The notes beneath the pieces were generated by a model. The model was not told where the DNA came from, made no database searches, and saw only the letters and a list, made by a program, of their open reading frames with translations. A program made the translations under genes and the position numbers. Positions 10,345-20,617 of a stretch of DNA of 64,000 nt are shown here, piece by piece; within the stretch, counting starts at the first letter, position 1, and the number at the start of each line of letters is the position of its first letter. The DNA is from Longimicrobiales bacterium (lineage in GTDB: Bacteria; Gemmatimonadota; Gemmatimonadetes; Longimicrobiales; Gaopeijiaceae), in contig CBDCKN010000015.1 of assembly GCA_965218295.1 (NCBI GenBank), positions 160,001 through 224,000 of the forward strand, given 5' to 3'.

Positions 10345-10479
10345 GGACTCGATGCTCCTTGGCGTGTCTCGAGGGGGATCACTCCCAGACGTCGAAGGCA
10401 GGAACGTTAGGGAAAAGGGGCGGCGCCGTCGACCGTTACCGGATCGTCTCTCGTCGGCGGCCGGATCCGCGTGAAGAGC

Positions 10480-11436
10480 TCAGAGCAGGATCCACGCGCC
10501 CAGGGCCAGGTAGCTCCCCAACAGGACGATCCCTTCGGCTCGCCGGATGGTGAGGTTGGCCCGCACGATGGGGATGAGCAGAACCGACATGATGACCACC
10601 GCCGGGAACTCGAGTCTCAGAACCTGAGGATTCACGGGTAGCGGCGTGATCGTCGCGGTGATGCCGAGGATGGCGGCGATGTTGAAGACGTTCGAGCCGA
10701 TGACGTTGCCGACAGCGATGTCCGCCTCGTCCCTAAACGCCGCGACGATGGACGTGGCGAGCTCGGGAAGAGACGTCCCGATGGAGACCAGCGTGAGGCC
10801 GATCACCAGCTCCGAGATGCCCATGGCCTCGGCGAGGGCGAGGGCCGACTCGCGGATGGCGAAGGCGCCCATGACGAGCCCCATGATCCCCAGGGTGATG
10901 AGGGCGAGATCCCGCACCGCCGCCCACGGCGTCAGTCCCACGGCCTCCTTGGCGAACTGCTCGTACTCACCCAGTACCGCCTCGTCTTCCGCCTTCGCCG
11001 TCCTGAATATGAACCACAGGTAGCCGCCGAGAACCCCCAGAAGGGCGATCTCCTCAAGGCGTCCGATGCGAAGATCCCAGATCACCGGCAGGAGGAGCGC
11101 CGTGATGATCAGCATCACGGGCACCTCGCGGGTTACGATGCGTCCCGAGACGTTCAGCGGCCTCATGATGGCGCTGATACCGAGGACGAGGCCGATGTTG
11201 GCGAGATTCGACCCCATGACGTTGCCGATGGCCAGATCGCCGTGGCCGCCCACCGCCGCCACGACGGAGACCACGAGCTCCGGAGCGGAGGTCCCCATGG
11301 AAACCACGGTGAGCCCGAGGACGATGGGGCTCACTCCCAGCGATGTGGCGAGGCGGGCACTGCCCCGCACGAGCCACTCGGCGCCAAAGTAGAGGACGCC
11401 CACACCGCCGATGAAGAGCAGGATCTCCCGGCTCAT
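10480..11436 (-). CDS. Calcium/sodium antiporter (YrbG/CaCA family)
   Basis: Two alpha repeats: GTSAPE...GNVMGSN and GTSLPE...GNVIGSN. Confidence 0.92.
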   Translation of the reverse strand: MSREILLFIGGVGVLYFGAEWLVRGSARLATSLGVSPIVLGLTVVSMGTSAPELVVSVVAAVGGHGDLAIGNVMGSNLANIGLVLGISAIMRPLNVSGRIVTREVPVMLIITALLLPVIWDLRIGRLEEIALLGVLGGYLWFIFRTAKAEDEAVLGEYEQFAKEAVGLTPWAAVRDLALITLGIMGLVMGAFAIRESALALAEAMGISELVIGLTLVSIGTSLPELATSIVAAFRDEADIAVGNVIGSNVFNIAAILGITATITPLPVNPQVLRLEFPAVVIMSVLLIPIVRANLTIRRAEGIVLLGSYLALGAWILL

Positions 11437-13205
11437 GCCCGCCGCATCTCGCGTCGCCCCATCCAGTCTCGGAGCTGATCCACAGTCATCGTGTTTAGAA
11501 CGTCCTCTCTATCCAGCCACCCACGTCGGGCCTGATCTACGCCATAGGAGATGTGATCCAGCCGCTGGACCGAGTGCGCATCAGTGCTGATCACGACCTT
11601 GACCCCCAGCTCCTTGGCACGCCGTGCATGGACGTCGTTCAGGTCGAGTCGGTTCGGGTTCGCGTTGATCTCCACTGCGACGTCGAGCTCCGACGCCGCC
11701 TGCAAGACAGCCTCCACGTCGAGCTCGAACGGCTCCCTGCGGCCGAGCAGTCGCCCGGTGGGATGGCCGACGATGTCCACCGACGGATGTTGCATGGCAC
11801 GGATCACCCGATCCGTCATCGTCGCTCGATCCATGTCCATCAAGGAGTGCACGGAGATGATCACCGCATCCAGTGCCTCGAGGACCTCGTCGGTCATATC
11901 GAGGCTCCCATCCCGCAGAATGTCTACTTCCAAGCTCTTGAAAATCGTGATCCCGTCCAGTCCCTCCTGGACTCGGTCGATCTCCGCCCACTGCTCAGGG
12001 GCCTTGTCGGGGGTCAAGCCCTGGACCATCGCCAAGGCGGGGCTGTGGTCGCTAACCGCCAGGTATTCGTACCCTCTGGCCTGGCACGCCCGCGCCATCT
12101 CCTCGATGGAGGCCCTCCCGTCGCTCCAGGTGGAGTGCATGTGGAGATCGCCCCTGATGTCCTCCAGGGTGACGAGCTCGGGAAGGGAGCCGTCCCGGGC
12201 GGCCTCAATCTCTCCTCGGTTCTCGCGAACCACGGGTGGAATCCACGGGAGACCGACGGCCTCGAACACGGACTCCTCGGTGTCGCCGGCAATGCGCTCG
12301 CCATCCTCCTTGCCCACCTCTTCCGGATCCACACCCTCCGGAAGGCGAAAGACCCCCCACTCGTTCACGCGTAGGCCCTGTCTCAGTGCGAGCTGACGGA
12401 CCGCCACGTTGTGCTCCATGGAGCCCGTGAAGTAGTGGAGGGCCGCGCCGAAGGAGCGCGGGGGGATGACGCGGAGATCCACCTCCAACCCGGACCGGAG
12501 GACCACGGCCCCCCGCGTGTCCCCTGCCAGGTCCACCCGCTCCACGGACCCGAAGGTGGTGAAGCGCTCCATGACATCGGGAGCGGGGAGATCGGCCTGT
12601 ACGAGCAGATCCACGTCACCGATGGTCTCTTTGCGGCGCCGATAGCTCCCCGCCACCTCGATACGCTGGACGCCCTTCGCCTCCCTGATGTGCTCGACGA
12701 GAGGTCCGATGAGGTCATCCACTTGGGAGAGGAGGAAGCGTCCGGAGTAGCGACGAAAGTCCTCGATGGCGCGAAGGATCTTCTGCACGCTCGTCGTTCC
12801 GAAGCCCTCCAGAGCCTGCACCTTCTCGGCGTTCAGAGCCTCCTCGAGCTCGTCGACGGTCTTCACGTCCAGCGACTCCCAGAGCTTCTTCGCCTTCTTG
12901 GGTCCGACCCCATCGAGCTTCACGAGGTCGACCAGAGACCGGGGAATCTCTTCGGCGAGCTCCTCCAGCCGGGAAAGGCTCCCGGTCGCGATGAGTTCGA
13001 CGATGTGGGCGGACATGTCCTTCCCGATGGCCGAAAGCTCGGTGAGGTCCTCCTCCGCCTCGACCATGGACTTCAGGGAGCGGGTGAGTCCCCGGACCGT
13101 GCGGACGGCGTTCCGGTAGGCCCTGATGCGGAACGGATCGGAGCCCCGGATCTCGAGCAGGTCCGCGAGCTCGTCCAGGACGGCGGCTATCTCGATGTTC
13201 TCCAC
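11433..13205 (-). CDS. polX: DNA polymerase X with PHP domain
   Basis: AGSYRR, GDVDLL (DxD), VDLR, YFTGS; PHP motifs DLHMH, SDH, HPTGR and STDAH. Confidence 0.95.
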   Translation of the reverse strand: MENIEIAAVLDELADLLEIRGSDPFRIRAYRNAVRTVRGLTRSLKSMVEAEEDLTELSAIGKDMSAHIVELIATGSLSRLEELAEEIPRSLVDLVKLDGVGPKKAKKLWESLDVKTVDELEEALNAEKVQALEGFGTTSVQKILRAIEDFRRYSGRFLLSQVDDLIGPLVEHIREAKGVQRIEVAGSYRRRKETIGDVDLLVQADLPAPDVMERFTTFGSVERVDLAGDTRGAVVLRSGLEVDLRVIPPRSFGAALHYFTGSMEHNVAVRQLALRQGLRVNEWGVFRLPEGVDPEEVGKEDGERIAGDTEESVFEAVGLPWIPPVVRENRGEIEAARDGSLPELVTLEDIRGDLHMHSTWSDGRASIEEMARACQARGYEYLAVSDHSPALAMVQGLTPDKAPEQWAEIDRVQEGLDGITIFKSLEVDILRDGSLDMTDEVLEALDAVIISVHSLMDMDRATMTDRVIRAMQHPSVDIVGHPTGRLLGRREPFELDVEAVLQAASELDVAVEINANPNRLDLNDVHARRAKELGVKVVISTDAHSVQRLDHISYGVDQARRGWLDREDVLNTMTVDQLRDWMGRREMRRA

Positions 13206-13208
13206 CGG

Positions 13209-15263
13209 TTACAGAATCCCCTCCGCTTCGAGCAGCGCGACGAACTCCGGCTCGGTGAGGACAGTCACGCCCAGGTCCCTCGCCTTCTGAAGCTTCGATC
13301 CCGGATCGGCTCCCACGACCATGTAGGTCGTCTCTCCGCTCACGGAGCCCACCACGCGGCCCCCGGCCCCCTCGATGAGTCGCTTGGCCTCGGAGCGGGC
13401 GAACCCCTCGAGCCCACCCGTGAACACGAACCTCTGCCCCGCCAGCGCGTGACCCCCGGTGTCCTCCGGCGGGATGAGATCCATGCCCCGGTCGAGAACC
13501 GCCTGGATCCGGGCCCTATTCCGCTCGTCGTCCAAGAAGCTCAGGATCTGCTCCGACATGATCGGGCCGATCCCCTCCACGGCCTCCAGCTCCTCGAGGG
13601 TGGCGGCCTGGACCCCTTCGAAGCTGCGGAAGTGGCGAGCCAGATCCCGGGCGACAGTGGCTCCCACCTCGGGAATGCCCAGGCCGTAGAGGAAGCGATG
13701 AAGCTCTACCGACTTCTTGGTCTGAATGGCGTCGGCCAGGTTCGCCGCCGACCTCTCGGCGAACCCGTCCAGTTGTTCGAGGTCTTCGGCCGTGAGGTCG
13801 AAGAGGTTCGCCAGCTCCTTCACCAAGCCACGGTCCACCAGGAGGTTGGCCGCCTCCTCTCCCAGTCCCTCGATGTCGAGGCCCGTCCGTGAACCGAAGT
13901 GCATGATCCCCCTCTTGAGCTGTGCCGGGCAGCCGAAGCGGTTGGGGCAGTACGTGAATGGACCGCTCTCCTTCACCGGGGTATCGCAGGCCGGGCACCG
14001 GTCCGGCATCTCGAAGACCGCGCCACGCTCCCGCCCGTCTTCGTCCACTCGCTCGACGACCTGGGGGATGACGTCTCCGGCTCTCTGGATCCTCACCAGA
14101 TCGCCCTCGCGCACGTCCTTGCGGGCCACCTCCTCACGGTTGTGGAGCGACGCGCGCGCGACCGTCACGCCGCCCACCTCGACCGGCCGTAGCAACGCCA
14201 CGGGCGTGAGCTTCCCCGTCCGGCCCACCGAGACGGCGATCCTCTCGATGCGGGTGATCTCCTTGCGCGGCTCGAACTTGAAGGCCAGAGCCCACCGGGG
14301 GTGGTGGGACGTGGCGCCCAGATCCTCCCGCGCGTCCAGATCGTTCAGCTTGATGACCACTCCGTCGATCTCGTAGTCGAGGTCGTCTCGGTTCTCTTCG
14401 AAGCTCCGGTGATACTCGATGATCTCTTCGACCGTGGTCACCCGCTTCACGCGCTCTGGTGTCTTGAAGCCCCAGTCCCGTAGCGCCTGCACCCCCTCGT
14501 GGTCCGACGCGATCTGGGCCCCCCGCAGCATGAGGATGTCGTAAGCCAGGACGTCCAGGGGTCTTCCGGCAGTCACCCGTGGGTCCAGCTGGCGGAGAGA
14601 TCCGGATGCGGAGTTCCGGGGATTCACGTAGGGCTCTGAGCCCTGCTCCACCATGCGCTCGTTGAGGGCTTCGAAGGCCGAGAGGTACATGATCACCTCG
14701 CCCCGGATAGCCAGCAGCTCGGGAGCCGCTCGGGCGTGCTCCAGCAGGCGCAGCGGCACGCTGGAGATGGTCTTCACGTTCTCGGTGACGACCTCTCCCG
14801 TGTGACCGTTCCCTCTAGTGACGGCGCGCACGAACAGGCCGTTCTCGTAGACGAGCTCGATGGAGGCCCCGTCCAGCTTCGGCTCCAGGAGGTACTCGGG
14901 CTCGCTCTCCAGACCCCTGCGCACACGCTCGTCAAAGCGACGCACCTCGTCGCTGTCCTGGGTGGAGTCCAGGGAGAGCATCGGGGCCGTGTGCTCCGCC
15001 GCGGAAAGCTCGCTCTTGGGCTCGCCAGCGACTCGCTGGGAAGGGGAGTCGGGCGTGACCAGGTGCGGGTGAGCGGCCTCCAGAGTGAGGAGCTCGGCAT
15101 ACAGGCGATCGAACTCCGCGTCGTCGATTTCCGGTCGAGACTCGACGTAATAGAGATGGGAGTGCCGTCGAAGCTCCTCTCGGAGAGCCTCGAGCCGGCG
15201 CTCCACGTCTTCGCCCTGGTCCGGGGAAGGTCCCGTGGGGTTGTTCGGCGTGCCTCGGGTCAA
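13209..15263 (-). CDS. ligA: NAD-dependent DNA ligase
   Basis: EPKLDG, TRGNG, NPRN, DGVVIK, C4 zinc finger, HhH motifs and BRCT; start taken as TTG 15263 with a GGAG RBS. Confidence 0.95.
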   Translation of the reverse strand: MTRGTPNNPTGPSPDQGEDVERRLEALREELRRHSHLYYVESRPEIDDAEFDRLYAELLTLEAAHPHLVTPDSPSQRVAGEPKSELSAAEHTAPMLSLDSTQDSDEVRRFDERVRRGLESEPEYLLEPKLDGASIELVYENGLFVRAVTRGNGHTGEVVTENVKTISSVPLRLLEHARAAPELLAIRGEVIMYLSAFEALNERMVEQGSEPYVNPRNSASGSLRQLDPRVTAGRPLDVLAYDILMLRGAQIASDHEGVQALRDWGFKTPERVKRVTTVEEIIEYHRSFEENRDDLDYEIDGVVIKLNDLDAREDLGATSHHPRWALAFKFEPRKEITRIERIAVSVGRTGKLTPVALLRPVEVGGVTVARASLHNREEVARKDVREGDLVRIQRAGDVIPQVVERVDEDGRERGAVFEMPDRCPACDTPVKESGPFTYCPNRFGCPAQLKRGIMHFGSRTGLDIEGLGEEAANLLVDRGLVKELANLFDLTAEDLEQLDGFAERSAANLADAIQTKKSVELHRFLYGLGIPEVGATVARDLARHFRSFEGVQAATLEELEAVEGIGPIMSEQILSFLDDERNRARIQAVLDRGMDLIPPEDTGGHALAGQRFVFTGGLEGFARSEAKRLIEGAGGRVVGSVSGETTYMVVGADPGSKLQKARDLGVTVLTEPEFVALLEAEGIL

Positions 15264-15469
15264 TGAAACTCCAACTCCCAGTGGGAAACGCGGCGTCAAT
15301 AACGTGGCGAATCCCGAGGGGTGCGGACAGTCCTCACGATACGAGCGGCCCGGCCTCTCCCGGCGTTGCGTGGCTCCGGTGGAGCGGGGTATATCACAGA
15401 ACCTGCCCGGCACCCCGGGGCACCCGAACCGATCATGCCGCCGAGTGATCTCAGACGGCTGGAGGAACG

Positions 15470-17098
15470 ATGCGAATCACCCGCACGCTGCTGCGCACGG
15501 GACTGCCTGTCGTGGCCATCCTAGCCCTGGCGACTCAGGCCTCGGCCCAGCGACCCACGACGACGCTCCGGGGTCCCGATGAGGGCGATGGGCCTTACAA
15601 CCGGCTCATCCTGAGGGGTGCCACGATCATCGACGGGACCGGCGCCCCTCCGCGGGGACCGGTGGACATCGTCATCGAGAACGATCGCATCGCCGAGGTC
15701 CGGTCGGTGGGTTTCCCCGGCGTACCCATCAGCGAGCGACGTCCCCCCGAAGATCCCGAGCGCGAAATCGACCTCACGGGGCACTACGTCATGCCGGGCT
15801 TCGTGGACATGCACGCTCACACCGGTGGCGAGCCCAAGGCGCCCCAACCCGAGTACGTCTACAAGCTCTGGATGGCCCATGGAGTCACGACGTCGCGGGG
15901 CGTCGGGCACGGGCCCATGATGTGGGCGCTTGCGGAGAAGGCCAAGGCCGCCCGGAACGAGATCGTGGCGCCTCGCATGTACACCTACGCCCGTCCGGGA
16001 GAGGCGTGGGACAAGGGCAGCATCGACTCGCCCGAGAAGGCCCGGGAGTGGGTGCGCTGGGCCGTGACGCAGGAGGTGGACGGCCAGAGGATCGACGGGC
16101 TCAAGCTGGGGTCCTTGGATCCGCCCATCATGGAGGCGGTCATCGACGAGGCCCACAGACACGGCCTGGGCACCGTAGCCCACCTGGGGCAGATGGGCCT
16201 CGCCAGGATGACGGCGCTGGACGCCGCCGAGGCCGGCCTCGACATGATCACCCACTACTACGGGCTCTTCGAGTCGCTTCTGAAGGACTACAGCATTCAG
16301 GACTGGCCCCTGGACTATAACTACAACGACGAGCAGCACCGCTTCGGCAACGTGGCCCGGCTCTGGGACCAGATCTACGAGCCCGGCTCCGACGAGTGGT
16401 ACGCCCTCATGGACCGCTTCCTGGAGCTGGACTTCGGGATCGATCCCACCATGACCATCTACGAGGCTAGCCGGGACGTCATGCGGGCCCGCAACGCGGA
16501 CTGGCACAAGGAATACACGCTGCCGAGCCAGGAGGAGTTCTACCAGCCGAGCCGCCAGGCCCACGGGTCTTACTGGTTCTACTGGACCACGGAGGACGAG
16601 GTGGCCTGGAAGAACTTCTACATCCGCTGGATGCGGTTCCTGAACGAGTACAAGAACCGGGGCGGGATCGTGACCACTGGCTCCGATTCCGGCTTCATCT
16701 ACAAGCTCTACGGCTTCGCCTACATCCGTGAGCTGGAGCTTCTGCGCGAGGCGGGCTTCCACCCCATCGAGGTGATCCGATCGGCCACCATGTACGGCGC
16801 CATGCAGCTCAACAAGCCCAAGGGGCTCGCGCCCGACTTCGGACTGATCCGGAAAGGCCTCAAGGCCGATCTGGTGGTCGTCGACGAGAATCCGCTGCAG
16901 AATCTCAAGGTCCTCTACGGGACTGGCGCGGTAAAGCTCCACGACGAGACCGGCGAGGTGGAGCGCGTGGGCGGCATCAAGTACACGATCAAGGACGGCA
17001 TCGTGTACGACGCCAAGAAGCTCCTGGAGGACGTCCGGGAGATGGTGCGCAAGGCGAAGGAGGAAGAGCGCGTCACCACCGACGGCGCAGGAAACTGA
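15470..17098 (+). CDS. Secreted amidohydrolase family protein
   Basis: Signal peptide; PGFVDMHAH, TGSD and G-K-ADLVVV motifs. Confidence 0.85.
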   Translation: MRITRTLLRTGLPVVAILALATQASAQRPTTTLRGPDEGDGPYNRLILRGATIIDGTGAPPRGPVDIVIENDRIAEVRSVGFPGVPISERRPPEDPEREIDLTGHYVMPGFVDMHAHTGGEPKAPQPEYVYKLWMAHGVTTSRGVGHGPMMWALAEKAKAARNEIVAPRMYTYARPGEAWDKGSIDSPEKAREWVRWAVTQEVDGQRIDGLKLGSLDPPIMEAVIDEAHRHGLGTVAHLGQMGLARMTALDAAEAGLDMITHYYGLFESLLKDYSIQDWPLDYNYNDEQHRFGNVARLWDQIYEPGSDEWYALMDRFLELDFGIDPTMTIYEASRDVMRARNADWHKEYTLPSQEEFYQPSRQAHGSYWFYWTTEDEVAWKNFYIRWMRFLNEYKNRGGIVTTGSDSGFIYKLYGFAYIRELELLREAGFHPIEVIRSATMYGAMQLNKPKGLAPDFGLIRKGLKADLVVVDENPLQNLKVLYGTGAVKLHDETGEVERVGGIKYTIKDGIVYDAKKLLEDVREMVRKAKEEERVTTDGAGN

Positions 17099-17145
17099 CC
17101 GTGAACGAGGCCGGCTCCGAGGCTGGCTCAGCAGGCTGATCGAGC

Positions 17146-18333
17146 ATGACCCCTCTGGATGTCGAGAAGCTGAGGGCCGAGACCCCGGGTACCCGGCACA
17201 AAATCCATCTCAACAACGCCGGCGCTGCCCTCATGCCCGCCCCGATCCTCCGTGCCGTGACGGAACACCTGGAGCTCGAGGCCCGGATCGGCGGCTATGA
17301 GGCATCCGACGAGAAGAAGGCCGAGATCGCGGCCGCCTACGAGGTGCTGGGCTCGCTCATCGGGGCGGACCCCGAGAACATAGCCGTCACCGAGAACGCC
17401 ACCGCCTCGTTCATCCAGGCCCTGTCCTCGGTCCCCTTCGCCCCCGGAGACGTGATCGTCACCACCCGGAACGATTACATCTCCAACCAGATCATGTACT
17501 TGTCGCTCCAGAGCCGAATCGGCATCGAGCTGGTGAGGGCGCCCGAGGACCCGTCGGGCGGAGTCGACGTGATGGCCATGGAGGAGGTGATCCACCGGCG
17601 CCGGCCGAAGCTCGTGGCGGTGACCCACATCCCTACCAACTCCGGGCTGGTACAGAAGGTCGCCGACGTGGGAGACATGTGCCGGCAGCGCGACATCCTG
17701 TACCTCGTCGACGCCTGCCAGTCGGTGGGGCAGATGCCCGTGGACGTGGAGGAGATCGGGTGTGACTTCCTCTCCGCCACGGCCCGGAAGTTCCTGCGCG
17801 GTCCCCGGGGGGTGGGGTTCCTGTACGTGTCCGAACGGGCGCTGGACATGGGGCTCGAGCCGCTTTTTCCGGACATGCGTGGCGCCGACTGGATCGAGGC
17901 AGATCTGTACCAGCCGGCTCCCGGAGCTCAGCGCTTCGAGAACTGGGAGTTCCCCTACGCCCTCGTCCTGGGCATGGGCCGAGCCGCCGAGTACGCCCTC
18001 GACCTGGGACTCGAGGCCATTCGGGATCGTGCCTGGGCTCTGGCAGCCATGGCCCGCGATCGCCTGGCCGAGATCGACACCCTGCAGGTCCTCGACCGTG
18101 GATTGGAGCGGTGCGCCATCGTCACAGTGTCGGCGGAGGGCCGCCACGCGGCCGAGCTGGTCTCGTCGCTCGCCGAGGCGGGGATCAGCACCAACGTGGC
18201 CATAAGGGACTACGCCGTACTGGACTTCGACGACAAGGGGGTGGAGTCCGCGGTTCGCGTGTCCCCGCACTACTACAACACCGAGGAAGAGATCGAAGAG
18301 CTCGTGAGCACCCTCTCCGGGCTGGTGAGCTGA
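17146..18333 (+). CDS. Class-V PLP aminotransferase / C-S lyase-like protein
   Basis: HLNNAG, DACQ, ATARKFLRGPRG and RVSPHYYNT; lacks the SufS/IscS catalytic Cys loop. Confidence 0.85.
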   Translation: MTPLDVEKLRAETPGTRHKIHLNNAGAALMPAPILRAVTEHLELEARIGGYEASDEKKAEIAAAYEVLGSLIGADPENIAVTENATASFIQALSSVPFAPGDVIVTTRNDYISNQIMYLSLQSRIGIELVRAPEDPSGGVDVMAMEEVIHRRRPKLVAVTHIPTNSGLVQKVADVGDMCRQRDILYLVDACQSVGQMPVDVEEIGCDFLSATARKFLRGPRGVGFLYVSERALDMGLEPLFPDMRGADWIEADLYQPAPGAQRFENWEFPYALVLGMGRAAEYALDLGLEAIRDRAWALAAMARDRLAEIDTLQVLDRGLERCAIVTVSAEGRHAAELVSSLAEAGISTNVAIRDYAVLDFDDKGVESAVRVSPHYYNTEEEIEELVSTLSGLVS

Positions 18334-18384
18334 AAGTTGGAGGCGATGTGCTTGCCCCTCCTGCTTGCCCCCTCCCCACCACAG

Positions 18385-18410
18385 TGAAGAGATTCCGACC
18401 CGCCACCGTA
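18385..18410 (+). promoter_or_regulatory. Candidate ECF autoregulatory promoter (TGAAGA-N16-CGTA)
   Basis: Close to the SigW-type consensus TGAAAC-N16-CGTA and directly upstream of the ECF sigma gene. Confidence 0.5.
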
Positions 18411-18438
18411 TTCAAGGGTCAAGGAGCGAGGAGACGCG

Positions 18439-19005
18439 TTGCAAGCGGAGGTAGAGCGAGAGTTGGTCCGAACGTGCAAAGCAGGCGGTGTCCGCTTCTA
18501 CGAGCCTCTCGTGCGGGCGTATGAGGGGCCCGGTTTTCGTCTTGCCGTCGGGATGCTCGGCAGCGCAGATGATGCCCGCGACGCGCTCCAGGATGCCTTC
18601 ATCAAGGCGTGGGAGTCGCTCCACCGATTCGACACCAATCGCCCCTTCGGCCCGTGGTTCTTCCAGATCCTGAGGAATCAGTGCCGAGACGTGATCCGCA
18701 GCCGGCAATCCCGTGGACGCCTCGAGACGAGGGACGAGCGGCTCGAGCTTCGGCCAGCCAGCTCTGCGACGAATCCCGAGCGTGTGCGACAGCGACGTGA
18801 AGCCCAGGAGACCCTTTGGAACGCGCTGCATGAAATCGGAGAGGAGCACCGGGAGATTCTCGTTCTGAAGGAGCTCGAGGGCTTTCGTTATGCCGAGATC
18901 GCAAGCATTCTGGATATCCCTGAAGGCACTGTGGCCAGTCGGCTATATCACGCCCGCAACGCCCTGCGTACTGCGCTGCTGGAGATGAACGCTGAGTATC
19001 CGTAG
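18439..19005 (+). CDS. ECF RNA polymerase sigma factor
   Basis: DARDALQDAFIKAW, FGPWFFQI and region 4 YAEIASILDIPEGTVASRL. Confidence 0.93.
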   Translation: MQAEVERELVRTCKAGGVRFYEPLVRAYEGPGFRLAVGMLGSADDARDALQDAFIKAWESLHRFDTNRPFGPWFFQILRNQCRDVIRSRQSRGRLETRDERLELRPASSATNPERVRQRREAQETLWNALHEIGEEHREILVLKELEGFRYAEIASILDIPEGTVASRLYHARNALRTALLEMNAEYP

Positions 19006-19029
19006 ACCCGGTCCCAGGAGGATCACGTC

Positions 19030-19449
19030 GTGACAGGCGTCAGTCACGAGACGCTCATGCGCTACCTCGACGGCGAGGTGGCGCCTGAGGAGCGTGCAAG
19101 AGTCGAGTCTGCAGTCGCCGCGTCCACCGAGCTGCAGCGGGACGTGGCGGTGTTCGGTGCCATGAAGGAGGACCTTCAGGCCATGACGTTCATACTCAGC
19201 CGGGACGATTCGGTCTGGGGCGTGGTGCACAGGCGACTGACGCGACCCATCGGTTGGCTCCTCGTCCTGGTCGGATTCACGGTCTGGGCCACCTACGGGT
19301 CTTACCTGTACCTGGTGTCCGCCATCGATCCCTGGGAGAAGCTGGCCACCTCGGCTATCGGCGTGGGCATCCTGTTCCTCTTCGTCGGCGTCATCTACGA
19401 GCGCTACAAGGAGTGGCTCACCGATCCCTACCGGGACGTCTACAGATGA
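19030..19449 (+). CDS. Membrane anti-sigma factor-like protein
   Basis: LMRYLDGE anti-sigma-type N-terminus plus two TM helices; directly follows the sigma gene. Confidence 0.75.
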   Translation: MTGVSHETLMRYLDGEVAPEERARVESAVAASTELQRDVAVFGAMKEDLQAMTFILSRDDSVWGVVHRRLTRPIGWLLVLVGFTVWATYGSYLYLVSAIDPWEKLATSAIGVGILFLFVGVIYERYKEWLTDPYRDVYR

Positions 19450-19769
19450 TCGTCGTCACCACACCCGACATCAGCGGGATGAGGGTCGTGCGCATGCTGG
19501 GGCTCGTTCGGGGAAACACCATTCGAGCACGTCACGTCGGCAAGGATGTGATAGCGGTCCTGCGGAACCTGGCCGGCGGCGAGATCCACGAGTACGCGAA
19601 GATGCTGGCCGAGGCGCGGGAGCAGGCCATCGACCGGCTGGTGGAAGAGGCCGAGGCCCTCGGAGGCAACGCGGTGCTGAGCCTCCGCTTCCAGACCTCC
19701 ATGATCCAAAAGGGCGCGGCCGAGATGCTCTGTTACGGGACTGCCGTGGTCGTCGAGCCCGAGGACTGA
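19446..19769 (+). CDS. ybjQ: YbjQ/UPF0145 family protein
   Basis: MIVVTT...GLVRG...GGEIHEY...YGTAV; ATGA overlap with the upstream gene. Confidence 0.9.
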   Translation: MIVVTTPDISGMRVVRMLGLVRGNTIRARHVGKDVIAVLRNLAGGEIHEYAKMLAEAREQAIDRLVEEAEALGGNAVLSLRFQTSMIQKGAAEMLCYGTAVVVEPED

Positions 19770-19780
19770 CCGGCAACAAC

Positions 19781-20617
19781 GTGTTGACATTAGCGGTCCT
19801 CCAGCCCGATCCTCGCGCGACGGCTCGGTTGGCCGACGCGCTGGGATCCAAGTACGAGCTCCGGTCCTACCGGACCTGGGCGAGGCTGTGGAGCGCCGCC
19901 CCCAAGGCTCCCTGGTCGGGCTGCATCATCGACATCTACCCTCCCACCGGCGCCGTTCCCCCTTCGAAGCTCGGACGACTGAGGCGGAGGCGTCCCGACC
20001 TGGCCATCGTTGTCTACTCGGACTTCACCGATCGGGAGCTGGACCTCTTCGAGGTGGGGCGGCAACAGATCGATGCCGTGATCCTGGCCGGCCTCGAAGA
20101 TTCGGCGCCGGCCATTCGGGCCACCGTCAGCCGCTCGCTCGCCTCGGCTGCCGCGGGGGCCGTGGAGACCGCTCTGGAGGGGCGCCTGGCAGCTTTGGGC
20201 GTAGCTGTCGTCCGCTGGTCCATGGAGCACTCCTTCGAGCGCCCCGGCGTGGACGAGTTGGCGCAGAGCATGGGGCTGTCCCGAAGCAAGCTCGCGAGGG
20301 AGCTGAGTCGCCACGGTCTTCCGTCGCCACGAGCCCTCCTCCTCTGGGGACGACTGTTCCAGGCGGCTCGCCTGCTTCAGGGGGACACCGCCACGGTGGA
20401 GGGTGTGGCCCACGCCCTCGGATACTCGACGAGCTCGGCTCTCCGTCGAGCGTTTCAGCAGTACGTGGGATGTCCTCCCGGAGCCATATCCACCCTGGGC
20501 GGGGTAGCGCGTGTGCTTCAGTCGTTCTTCGAGTCCCAGGAGATGCAGAGCTCGGCCGCCCCCCTTGTAGCTCAGGCGCCCCCTCGCAGGAAGGCCCGCA
20601 GATCCCCGATGTCGTAG
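19781..20617 (+). CDS. AraC-family transcriptional regulator with receiver-like N-terminus
   Basis: C-terminal double HTH (VEGVAHALGYSTSSALRRAFQQYVGCPP). Confidence 0.8.
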   Translation: MLTLAVLQPDPRATARLADALGSKYELRSYRTWARLWSAAPKAPWSGCIIDIYPPTGAVPPSKLGRLRRRRPDLAIVVYSDFTDRELDLFEVGRQQIDAVILAGLEDSAPAIRATVSRSLASAAAGAVETALEGRLAALGVAVVRWSMEHSFERPGVDELAQSMGLSRSKLARELSRHGLPSPRALLLWGRLFQAARLLQGDTATVEGVAHALGYSTSSALRRAFQQYVGCPPGAISTLGGVARVLQSFFESQEMQSSAAPLVAQAPPRRKARRSPMS

